DNA of 64,000 nucleotides from Podarcis cretensis. Taxonomy: Eukaryota. Both the position numbers and the translations under genes were made by a program. The notes under the pieces are model-generated. The model searched no databases. It was not told the DNA's origin and was given only the letters and a program-made list of their open reading frames with translations. This document shows, one piece after another, positions 1-12,100 of this stretch (the stretch's first letter is position 1; the number at the start of each line of letters is the position of its first letter). The DNA lies in the NCBI GenBank assembly GCA_951804945.1, contig OX638149.1:92504001-92568000 (forward strand), given 5' to 3'.

Positions 1-144
1 TCTATGCGCAAACATGCTGAGAAGGAACGGCTAAGAGAGGCCCAGCGAGCTGCAACTCACATCCCTGCTGCTGGAGATGAGAAATCCATAATTACATGCC
101 GTGTCTCTTTGCTGGATGGAACTGATGTCAGTGTGGACTTGCCG
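1..144 (+). CDS. EPB41L5: EPB41L5 first coding exon (truncated by window start)
   Basis: [48 protein letters not shown]; donor CCG|GTATGA. Confidence 0.96.
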
Positions 145-3100
145 GTATGATAATTACATTACTTTTTCAACATGGTTGACTCATGTTTGAGAGAATGATT
201 GTGTTCTTCTTTATCTCAGAGTTGAATTAGATCATTGTGCTCATGTCATGGTTTTCAGCCAGAGTAGCCACAGTGAGCTGTGTATTACTGTCCTCAAGGT
301 TGGATTACTGTAATGTGTTGAACGTGGGGATGCCCTTGAGCAGCAGTTAGTGCAAAACATGACAGCTAGACTGCTGTATGGTGCAGCCTGCTGAAAAGAA
401 ATTAATAGTCGTTTGGGACTGCCAGTTTGCTAAATTCAAAGTGCTTATACAGTGGTACCTCGGGTTACATACACTTCAGGTTACAGACGCTTCAGGTTAC
501 AGACTCTGCTAACCCAGAAATAGTACCTCAGGTTAAGAACTTTGCTTCAAGATGTGAACAGAAATCGTGCTCCAGAGGCGCAGCAGCAGCGGGAGGCCCC
601 ATTAGCTAAAGTGGTGCTTCAGGTTAAGAACAGTTTCAGGTTAAGAACGGACCTCCAGAACGAATTAAGTACTTAACCTGAGGTACCACTGTAATTGTAA
701 CAGGATATACATTTTGTGTAGTTAATGTGCAACACACTAGCAGATTGAAATTTACACATTTCAATTTGTGCTCAATTTCTCTCTTAATCCAATGCCTGGA
801 CATTCCACTTTATGAACTTTGATTTCCAGCCTAACTGAAATTAACAAGGAAAATATGGCATAGCTCCATTCAAGGGACACAGTTAATTTCATAATTTCAC
901 TGTTTACTATGTACAAAGGGCACCAATATAAAAGCACTTTGACAAACATAAGAGATTGAAGCACAGGGACCAGCCTTCAAATTTCTGGTTTTTATTATTT
1001 TAATGTTTTCCATGTTCTACTCTGGAAACATTTGAGTTGACGGGTTAATACACACACAAAGATACATCCATGTTTAATATCCAGATAGATAGATAAATAG
1101 ATATCCTTGTCTATTTTTATTGGTTCCTTGGTCTGATTTTAGAAACTGCAGTGATGTGAACCATGAAGTCATACCAACACTGTACTGGTATATGGAAAAA
1201 GGGAGGATAAGTCGATAGTTACATAACCCTATATTTGTCATTCTTGGCAGCAAGATTTGGAACTGGAACATCTGGCAGGAAGCTGAGCTGACCTAGCAAT
1301 ATTGCACTGGAGAAGCATAGTATTTGCTCTAGGAAATATTTGCTTAAGCCAACACATAAGAGAGTGGGCTGCCCACTTAACCGAGGCAGCTTTCTGATCA
1401 CTGTTCACTAGTGAATATTACTGATCAAGCTACATACACCAGCTTAATATACCGTATTTTTCGCTCTATAAGACGCACCAGACCATAAGGCGCACCTAGT
1501 TTCTGGAAGAGGAAAACAAGAAAAAAAAATATTCTGAATCCCAGAAGCCAGGACAGCAAGTGGGATCGCTGCACAGCAATCCCGCTTGCTGTCCTGGCTT
1601 ATGGGATAGCCGCGGGCAGCCTCTCCCGGGCAGGGGATGAAGGCTCCCCTTGCTCGGGAGAGGCTGCACGCAGCTAAGGCTCCCCCAAGAGCTGCGCTCC
1701 CTTTAAAGAGTGGGCGGAGTGTGAAACGTATGTAACCTGAAGCATATGTAACCCGAGGTACCACTGAATATAAGTGCAATTCTTTCTTTCTCTCTCTCTC
1801 TGAAGAAAAGTGTATAGATTGTGCATTACCATTTGCCTGTGTTGTAAGCTACAGTGGTACCTCGGGTTACAGACGCTTCAGGTTACAGACACTTCAGGTT
1901 ACAGACACTTCAGGTTACAGACTCCACTAACCCAGAAATAGTACCTCAGGTTAAGAACTTTGCTTCAGGATGAGAACAGAAGTCGTGCGTGGCGGCAGCG
2001 GGAGGCCCCATTAGCTAAAGTGGTGCTTCAGGTTAGGAACAGTTTCAGGTTAAGAACAGACCTCCAGAACGAATTAAGTTCTTAACCCAAAGTACCACTG
2101 TATAGAGCAGGCACGTCCAACTCCCAAGAGAATGCAATCTACTCCCAGTACAAAAAAAGCTGGCAGTGATCTACCCATTGTCATTGCTAATAGTTGTTAA
2201 GCTTTTTTGGGGGGGACAAGCCAAAGTTATTGAGCTTTTTGGAGGGCAGCGCTACAGACAACATTGCTTCTACTTTCAGCGTCCTTTTACATTTACGCCA
2301 GCTAAGCAGACAGCTAGCACCAGGGGCAGAAGGCGGAGTCATTACTAACCCGCGATCTAACACTAACGTGAGGCTATTGATCGCGATCGACCTGTTGGAC
2401 ATGCCTGCTATAGATCAACCAAAGAGGGCTGCTTTGTTTTAGTTGTGACTACCTGCTTTTTTCAGAAACCTCAGGAGTTGTTAGTAATGATGTGGTGTGG
2501 AAATTTTTCCACTGTTTTGCTGTTCCATTGAAAATGTTCTGTTTATTATTATTTCACTGGTAACAATTATGTGTGTTGTTTTGCCTCACATTGTAGAATG
2601 TATAGTTACCATTTTGACAGACAAAGGCTTGTGGGGTGGGGTTATATTGCAAAACCCATAGGATTGCTGTATTTAAAAAGTTGAGGCACAATACACACAA
2701 AAGATCACTTGCATAAAATCTTACTGTGGTGAATGCAGAGATTGTGAATTACTCTTTTCTTTTTCCAGTAAATACAGCCCTGTTCTCCATGTCAATTACT
2801 TTAAACTTTCTGGCCACAAACTTTGCAGTATTTTTGTGGGTTTCCTTTCCTTTCTTTCTTTCTTTCTTTCTTTCTTTTTTGCTATTTAACCTCTCTGGGT
2901 GGCTGGGCATGGGAAAGAGCAGGCCGGAGATCAAGGCGACCCTGGGTGGAAAATTCTAGTAGCTGCATTGTGGATGGATGCTTAGGGACATTCTTTCTTT
3001 CCTCAAACTTTTTAACATCAGTACCATTTTTTCTGCACCCAGCTAGACGTTTTGAAGCATCTAGGAGCAATTTCACAATGCAATAAAACAAATTTTAAAA

Positions 3101-6100
3101 TGCATCTATAAAAACAATTTCAAATCCAATACAGATACTGACTAAGATAAAACTCTTCTCTCAGAGGGCTTGTTGAAAGTGGAAGATCTTAACAAACACC
3201 AAACAGGCAGTAGAAGTAGTGCCTGATATGACCTGATAAGATGGTACCTGCAGGAGGCCCTGCCCTGCAGAGCACAATGGATGATTGGATATATAAGGGA
3301 AGGAGATGATATTTTTGTCCTGGTCCTCAGCTGTATAGGGCTTTGTGCATCAGTACCAGCACCTTGTAACTAGCCGAGTAGTTAATTGGCAGCCAGAGCT
3401 GCAGCACCCATTTGGAATAGGGTTCTTAGCCTTCCTGAAACAAGCTATTTGACTATTGTGGGCTTTCATGAGTGCAATGTAAAGTTTGCTGTCAAACTTA
3501 GCGTCTCAAGAATTGAGACACCAAGAACATTGTCAGAGCACTGAGAAACATAAATATTTTTGGTGACATCTTTAGATTTACTCTTCAATTCCGTTTCAAA
3601 TGAAGTGATTCTAAATGAAGTCATTGAGTGTTTGTGAGGTTATGTTGAGCAATTCGTGTGGCACTGCAAATCATTTTGTTCGGTGTTTTTGCCTACGCAT
3701 ATTCACATTATTTGTGACTGTAGAGGCCAGAAATGAAATCTGCAATTCTGTGAAGTTCATAGGTTGAAGAAAGGGCCTCTGGACCTCCAGAATTACAGGC
3801 TGCATATTGTTCCAATGAGTTCTTAAATGTTTAATGTGTTTATTTTTTCAGTAACTTTGGATTCAGTAATGAATATTAAAAGAAGTTGGGGCAGTGGGAG
3901 ATTATAGATGAGGTAAAACAGTTGGGAAATAACAGTTATCATGCAGTTCATAAGGGTGCTGAGTTTCAGGACTAGATCAGTAACTTCTGGTTCGTTAAGG
4001 TCAGCGATCTAGAGATAGTGATTGCTGAGATTGAGTTTAGGGGAGAAGAAAGATGCTCATGTAGTCCTGAACCTGGCAGTCACAGTGCTGGGAAGGAGGT
4101 GCTTTCCCCTCTACTATACTTTTGGGGAGAGTGGGGGTGGGGAAATTGAGTTTACAGGATCCATATATTCATGGTACGCATCTCTGAACCCTAATTCCAT
4201 CTCTGGATAGTTTTAAGCTGTTAATTTTTCTGCTGAACTGGGCAGGGAGTTATTAATCAGAATTGGAAGAAGCACCCCCCCCCTTCTCCACTGATATGAT
4301 TTAATTTTAATTGTGATTTTGATGTAGTTATATTAATTTTTGTGGTTTTAATATATCTGTAAACTGGAGTCTACACATGAAGGATGGCATAGAAATTAAT
4401 CAGATAAATCTTGTGCTTCCTGGAGGGCAAGAAGCATGCTCAGTCTTCTTGAGGCTATTTTTGTGTATATGTGTGAGAGAGTATAAAGTGAATATGCAGA
4501 AACCATTGCCTTCGGTTTTGTTACCAAAATGATAGTCAAAGGCTATCAGGTTTGCTATTAGAAGTAATATAAGCAGTTGACAGAATTGGTGTCTAGAGAG
4601 TAGCAATGCATTATTGTTTTTACTGGAATTTCTGAATGCATGCAGAATTGCCCTCAAAAATAAGGTTAATCATCAACTAATCAGCCTCTTACTAACACAA
4701 GTTCCTCTTGTAATTTCAGAAAAAAGCCAAAGGACAGCAGCTGTTTGAACAGATCATGTACCATCTGGACCTCATTGAAAATGACTATTTTGGATTACGA
4801 TTCATGGATTCTGCACAAGTAGCAGTGAGTGGCATGAGTTGTTTTTTTCTTCTTACAGTAGTAAAGTTAATTAAATCATACCAGGCCAAACACAAGATTT
4901 GTGCAAGTGTTAAGTTGTTCTTGGTACAACAAAATTTATAGATGAGTTTAAGAAATTGTCCTGAAATTCAGTATAAAATCAGTTTCCCTTTTTCATGTCC
5001 TCTGTCCTGGTTTTGATAGATAAAATTATGGATCAGAGAGTTGTTGTTTCTAATTCAAATCTCAAAAATGAGAATATGTTTAATTCCCCCCCCCTTTTAA
5101 TTTGTATTGAAGTAAATCAAACAAATCAAGACAATAAAATAATAGAAGTTCATGACTTTTGTTTCTTTCATAGTATTAAAAGTATTTTTTTAGTGCCTTG
5201 GAGTCTTTGTTGCATGTAATTCATGTTACATTACACACATGTTTATTGGATCATAGTTTAAAGGTCCTGGTTTAAAGGCCATAGTTTAAAGGCCGCTTTG
5301 GACAGAACCATTAGAAAGGAGGGTCAGAGGGGGGTAAAAACCCATTGGGCTTTCTGTGGAGGTGTGTGTATGACGTCTCAGTGCCCCAGACCTGACCCAT
5401 AAAATCTTAATGCAGCATCATAGAAACTTTAAGGCAGGGGTGGGAAAACTCTGCCCCTCCAGGCCATGCTTTTAAAAGCACACTTATCTGCTGGTCAACT
5501 GACATCACTCTGATGGGGGAGAAATAAGTTGATTGGTGAGGGGGTTAATTTTGGTGTTGCCTTCAAAGCTCAGTGTCACCTACCACCACTATGATTTGGC
5601 CTTCCAGGGGTGAGGAGATAAGGATCTGGTCCACGAGGCAGAAAAGGATCCCCACCCCTGCTTTAAGGTCATCTGAGAAAAACTATCATTCCAAATGTCA
5701 GATCTGACTTCAGTGCAGTTGCAGTTCTGTGTGTTCTGAGAATGCAGGGCTCTAGTAATCCCATCTTCCAGGATTGTTAGAAATCTTTTTTGGTGTTCTG
5801 GTCAGGCACAAAACCTTTCTGGTTTGTGTGTGTGTTGCTGGACTGTTTCTACCCAGTCTTAAATTCATGATTCAGTCAAAAGGCATATGCACCAAGCACA
5901 CACAATTTAGTCATGATCTTGGTTAATTAAGTGTGTCTGTATATATTACATAGAATTTCACAACTGAGATTATTTTGGTAGTTCTTCATTGCATTTCCAC
6001 CACCTCACATGCCAGTGCAATGAAAAACTCTTCTGACCTTTTCTTGTGACTTGTTCTTATAGCCTAGGGTTCCATGAGCCTCACTTGATACTGTATGATT

Positions 6101-9100
6101 TACTTGCTTTAGGCAATTTATATTTGTTTGCATTCAGCTGGTCATTGTGCACTTGGAAGAGTGCATTGCTCAGTCTAATGCAATTGCTTCAGCTTTCTGT
6201 TTATTGTGATGCAGTGCTAATGTTTGTCAGGTATATAAAAATGGTGTTAAAGACCATGTCTTTTTTATTTTAATGAGCTCTGCCTTTTATACAAATAGTT
6301 GAATCTTGAATGATGTTGATGTAGTACAGGCTAATTCTGTGAGTATAATTTGGGAGTTGCCTTTAAAATTCAAGAGACTTTTTTGTTCCAGTGTCTCTGT
6401 TGCTTCCCCCTCCCATTGTATTTTTGGTTAACATTGAGTTAGAAGGGACCCTAAACAACACCAATGCAAATAATTCACCTTAGTGCTGTATATTCAACCT
6501 TAAACCTACTGCCCAGGAAATCATCAAAAATCATAAAAATCATCCCAGGAGGAAAAAGGCTTTTGCATGTATTGATTTTGTAATTACAGCAGGAGGTTCA
6601 TGGCTTGCAGGGATGGCTAGCAGCCCAATAGTAGGGAGATCTGTGAGTAGCTTGGCTCAGGCCAAAAAAGTTGCAGGACACTTTCTCAGATTGTAAATTT
6701 TTCAGTAGGGAGTATCCTCTGGCTTAATCTTTTGACCCATTACTCTTACCATAACCTTGCCTTGTTTCGTGAAGTGTGTATTTCTGCAGGATTAGAGTTC
6801 GTGCCTGACCCTGCTGAATTTGACAGCTGCGGTAGGAAAAGTAATATATTCCAAGCATTGTGTTGCAGTTTACTTGGAGTAAAGTATAGTTACCAAGTGC
6901 AACTGCAACATGAGATCAGGTCTCAGTGTCTCCCAGGCTTTGTTCTGTAAAAGTAATTCCCTCCCCCTCTTCTGTGTGCCAGTCAAGCTGAACTCTTGGA
7001 GATGGCGCTGGTGTTAGGAACTGAGTTGAACTAAGTGGTGTCGGTGCCTGTCTCTGGTCTGTTAACTGCCTTTCTGTGGAATGTGGAGGAGGTGAAAGAA
7101 AACAGATTGGAGATGAAGCAAACTTATACTTTGCCCTACAGTCTGGGAACATCTTTCTTTTTCTTTTTCTTTTTCTCTTTCTCTTTTCTCTTTTCTCTTT
7201 TCTTTTCTTTTCTTTTCTTCCTTCCCTGTCCCTATTGTTTATGTATACGGCACCATAGCACTTGTAATACTCTACTTTGGTGGATTTGTTTTCTTACCAA
7301 AGGAAACTTATGTTGGATGGGTGCAGACAACTGATGGAAAACTATCCAAAGAAGGCATGCTTATGGTATAACTTCCTATAATTGATTGATTGCACTGAAT
7401 GAAATAATTTTATTTCGTTCCAAAGCAGTAGGGCAGTTCCATGAAAATATCAACCAACAGGCCCTTTTTTATCTTCCTATATAGTTAACATGCTATGTAT
7501 CTTTTTAAAGATAGTTTTCCAAAGTTTTATTATCTGGCAACAGTTCTACTACACATGAGTGAAACATCCAGAAGCAGGGCATGCAGAATGATTCAGAATT
7601 TCTCTTAATTTTTTCACTAACTTTTAGCTAAATACTTTTCAATTCATTTAACAACCCGTTATTTTATTGGTAGTTTTGCTTTTGCTTTTGATACCTGAGA
7701 AGAAATGGTATGTTAGGAATAAATATTAGTGAGGTCTTGTTTTGTAGGTTGCGTGTGAGTGAGTGACTTGTTCACAAGCAATGTTGGTCACATTAAGCTG
7801 GTCACAGAAAACGTTTTCCCCACAGGTATAAATAAACAGTATGAGAAGTTTGACACTTGCCCATGAAACATTAGCTGTTTTTGTATGTGGCTGCAGATGG
7901 GGAAAATTGATTCACACTTTAAGAGAATACAGTTATCTAAGTTACAGATATATTCTTGAAGTTGCAAAACTCTTGTGTTGGTCAAATACTTTAAAACACA
8001 GTTCTAAAAAGGCAAACGTTAACTATTTCGCATGCTTCTTGGTTTTTGTAGGGAAGATCAATCCAGTTAAACCACAAATAGTTTAATGTTATTTGGAGTT
8101 CAAATAATATTAGTTAACACACAAATTATTATGTAAACAAGCTTACAAATATAATGGTGGTAATTACGGAATTACCTAACAACAACAACAAGAACAACAA
8201 CAGCTGTCATTTAATTATGATTCCACTACTGCTACTCCATTGGTATAGTTCAGGAACAGTTTAATCATGTGGTCTTTGCTGGTTTAGATGAATTTTGTCA
8301 AGTTTCCCAAATGCCTAGAAATTTGATGGTGTAAGATGGGTGTATGTTGTTTCATACTGCTTATAATGTATTTTAAATTGCAATCCTGGGGCTTTGGTAT
8401 ATTATTAGTATTAGTATCATCAACATTTGCTGCAGGTGGGATTAGAGTTGCTATAGCTGCTGTCATTGTGAACATCCTGTGTTTAGAGGTGAGCCCATAT
8501 TTATCACAGGGCTGCATGTGCCATTTTGGGTCAGTCTCAGTCTGGGGGAGTGAGGATTAGGTGATGTCAAGTTGTACTAGCATCAGGTCTGACAACCATC
8601 TCCATTATAAGATGCCTGTCGGCACACTATTGACTACAGCATGGGGTGGAGAGCCACGTAATGTATTCTGAATGATAGCAGTGGTATTTAAAGGAAAGCC
8701 TGAGGCCGCAGGTGGTAACTCTACAGTATTATATCATTACATATAAGGATGTTATCACCTAGGAAAAATACTTGGCAGATTTAAGGAAATACCCAACCCG
8801 TAGTTAACATATTTTGTGAACTTAGCTGCTACATCCTTATGTTCTGAACTTAATGTGATCTGCAAGTTTTTATCTTGTACTGCTTGCTTCATTCCAGCTG
8901 CTGAGCTCTCTGAGAGGAACTTGTATAAACAATTCATGCTAATGCTTGTGTCAGCACTTGAAAGAGACAATGCATTCCACAATACTAGTTTTTAAGCATA
9001 ACTGTGAGAAAGTTTGTGTGCTTGAATAGAAAGGATGCACTTTTAAGTGAAAAGTTACATTGGCATGCCTTTTCCTTTCGTAGATGGGAGATATAATCTT

Positions 9101-12100
9101 TTCCATATCTCTTTGGTAAGATGGCAGCCTGAAACACATTGAAACATATGTTAGAATTCTGACAATCCCTGCAGCTTTCTGGCTCTATGACTTGCAAAGA
9201 TACATTTGTGCTGCAAATTGCAGATCATGATTTCAGTGCTTGAGAAATTATTAACTTGCCTCTTGAAACGTATTCTAGCAAGCTGTTACAGTCAATTAAC
9301 TGTAGGTCAGGCACACTGAATATGTTGCTCTTAAAATGCTTTATACTGCTTGGAACTATTTTGGCTTGTTCTGTTCTATGAGTTTCTAATTTGCATACTA
9401 TATTTTTGTGTTGAAAGCATAAAGTTTATTATTATTAATTTTTCTTTCAGCACTGGTTGGACAACACAAAGAGTATTAAAAAACAAGTTAAAAGTAAGTG
9501 AAGTTTGTGTTTTTAAAAATCTGATTTACTTGAGTATCGACGAAGACTTTGTTTCCCCAAAATATACCATGGCAGTATGAAACTGTTCAAAGAACAATGT
9601 TGTAATGCCAAGTTTCTGGCATTACAAGTGATCTTTGACTCACATTACATTTACTACATGACGTATTGAAAGTTAATTCAGTACAGGGCAAAAAAGAAAA
9701 GAAAAAAGGGGCTCCAATTGTTTAAAGATTCTGTAGCACATTTCTTTTTGCACTTTCTGCTTTATGAGTATTACTAAAATGGATTTGGTGAGCTATATTT
9801 TGTGGTTCGAGGACCCGTACCCCGCGCAGTGGAATGAAACACAAGGACACGTGATATAACGTTAATGGGCAAGAAAAGGCCACAACTTTATTGATTACAG
9901 CAAGTGAAAAGGTATTGGCTTAGGCATTGGATTACGTCAGCTGACTCCACCCACTCGGAGAGGGGTGAGTCTAAAAAACAAGGGGGGTTTATTCACCAGT
10001 AGGTGGAGCCTGTTGTTGCTAATCCAACTATAAGCTCTCCCCAGATGTCACGGAGGGTCGTGCCATGGCCTCCCGCCACGCAGGCATTGGACAGAATACA
10101 CGACCGCTGGATTCCTTTAACGGAATACCCAAAAATTGAAGGCGCAGGCGATGGCCGCACCTAGCCCTTTGACACCACAACACAGTATTCCAATGCCTAA
10201 CCTACCCACCAATACCATGAAAGTTGTGACAATTGCTACGAGGTAGGCGAAAAAACCAAAAAGCCTAATGCCAAATGGAAAAATTCCTACCAGGCCACCC
10301 GAACAACCAGGGTGACCAACCTAAGGTCCATAGCAAGGCCAAAAGAAAACTGGAACCCTGCTCTAAGGGAGTGGAGGGTGGGTGACTCACGATGGGACGA
10401 CGAAAAGTGAGGGCTGGAGGCTGGCGCCGCAGCAATTTAGGCTGCTGTACACGCCCCCCCCCCTTGAAGGCACCTGGTTGGGTGCCTGCCCGTGGGTGTG
10501 GGCGCCAGCCAGGTGAGTGGGAGGCAGGGGGCAAACGCCCCTCGCTTGAGGCGGAGTCCGGCTCCCGGCCACAACCACTCCCCTCTCTTGCAGGGAGGAG
10601 AGTCTTTAGTAATCTTTGCTTTGCTGACCTATTGTGATGTGTATTTGTATTTTTTCTGTGACTGATATACATTGACTTTTTTAAAAGGAACTGTTCTAGT
10701 AATGTAAATCAAAAGGGGGAAGAAACTTTGAAGATCTGGTATTACGGGTGACCTGAATCAGTGGGTGTTGAGGAGGTGCATGAGTAACATCATATTCCTG
10801 GTTTAGAATTTCTCTCATTGGAAGGAAATGAGGTGTGGAGTCGGCCGCAATAAAATGTTTAGCTAGCTGTCTTCCTATGACACAAACTAACAACTGGAGG
10901 TACTCCCCAAAACTTAAGACTGCCTGGGCAAAGTTTATAAGGATTTGATTGGGGTAACAAAGCTGAGATTGATGGATTTCTCAGTTCATGGAATAGAGCC
11001 TTGTAATATTGGGATTAACCTAGATTTGTCTGTTCTTCTTGGCAAGACAAATCAACTTAATGTAATGAGACTGAGTTGGCTTCTGGTATATAAAACTACT
11101 ACTGTTTGTTTAGCATTCTCTTTTTTTGCTAGTGTGCTCAGTATTACAGAAGGGATTCCCACCCCCTTTGAATTCTTATTAGTGAATATATTTACAAAAT
11201 AATATCCTTGCTGTCAGAAACCTAATATATTCACTTTTGTAGTTGGTCCACCATACTGTCTACATCTTCGTGTAAAGTTTTACTCTTCCGAGCCAAACAA
11301 CCTACGTGAAGAGCTCACCAGGTACGTCGTATTCAGTGATACAAACTGGAGATCTCAAATCCAGTACAATGACCAATTTATGTGCGTCTATCACACACAC
11401 CTGGGACGCAGGTGGCGCTGTGGGTTAAAGCCTCAGCGCCTAGGGCTTGCCGATCGAAAGGTCGGCGGTTCGAATCCCTGCGGCGGGGTGCGCTCCCGCT
11501 GCTCGGTCCCAGCGCCTGCCAACCTAGCAGTTCGAAAGCACCTCCGGGTGCAAGTAGATAAATAGGGACCGCTTACCAGCGGGAAGGTAAACGGCGTTTC
11601 CGTCTGGCTCTGGCTCTGGCTCTGGCCAGAGCAGCGATGTCACGCTGGCCATGTGACCCGGAAGTGTCTCCGGACAGCGCTGGCCCCTGGCCTCTTAAGT
11701 GAGATGGGCGCACAACCCCAGAGTCTGTCAAGACTGGCCCGTACGGGCAGGGGTACCTTTACCTTTACCTATCACACACACACATGCACAGCACCAAACC
11801 TGGAAGTGACCCCAAAACATCACTAAAAGGGTGGGGAGGGGAGGGGTGGAACATTTTACATGGGCGCCTCCAATGCATGCAAGGGTCAAGAACATAGCGT
11901 CCTGTGCAAAACAAGGATTGCTTGCTTGTTTGCAGTACATTTGCTTTTTGTGCTGTATCTGTCATACTAATCTGAATATGATTGTTGGCGGTCTCTCTTT
12001 TCCCCCACTCATAGTTGAATCAAAATTCCAATCCACCTGGTTATATCTCACTACTGTAATGTCCCTGAATGATAAAATTGCAGGGAAGGCATTTGGGCAG

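Noticed and set aside
10265-10672. Pro/Gly-rich ORFs in the GC-rich insertion
   Set aside because: Expected by chance in GC-rich DNA; no gag, RT or recombinase motifs
11403-11478. tRNA gene (A and B boxes)
   Set aside because: It is the tRNA-derived head of a Sauria SINE, with SINE body, tail and TSD
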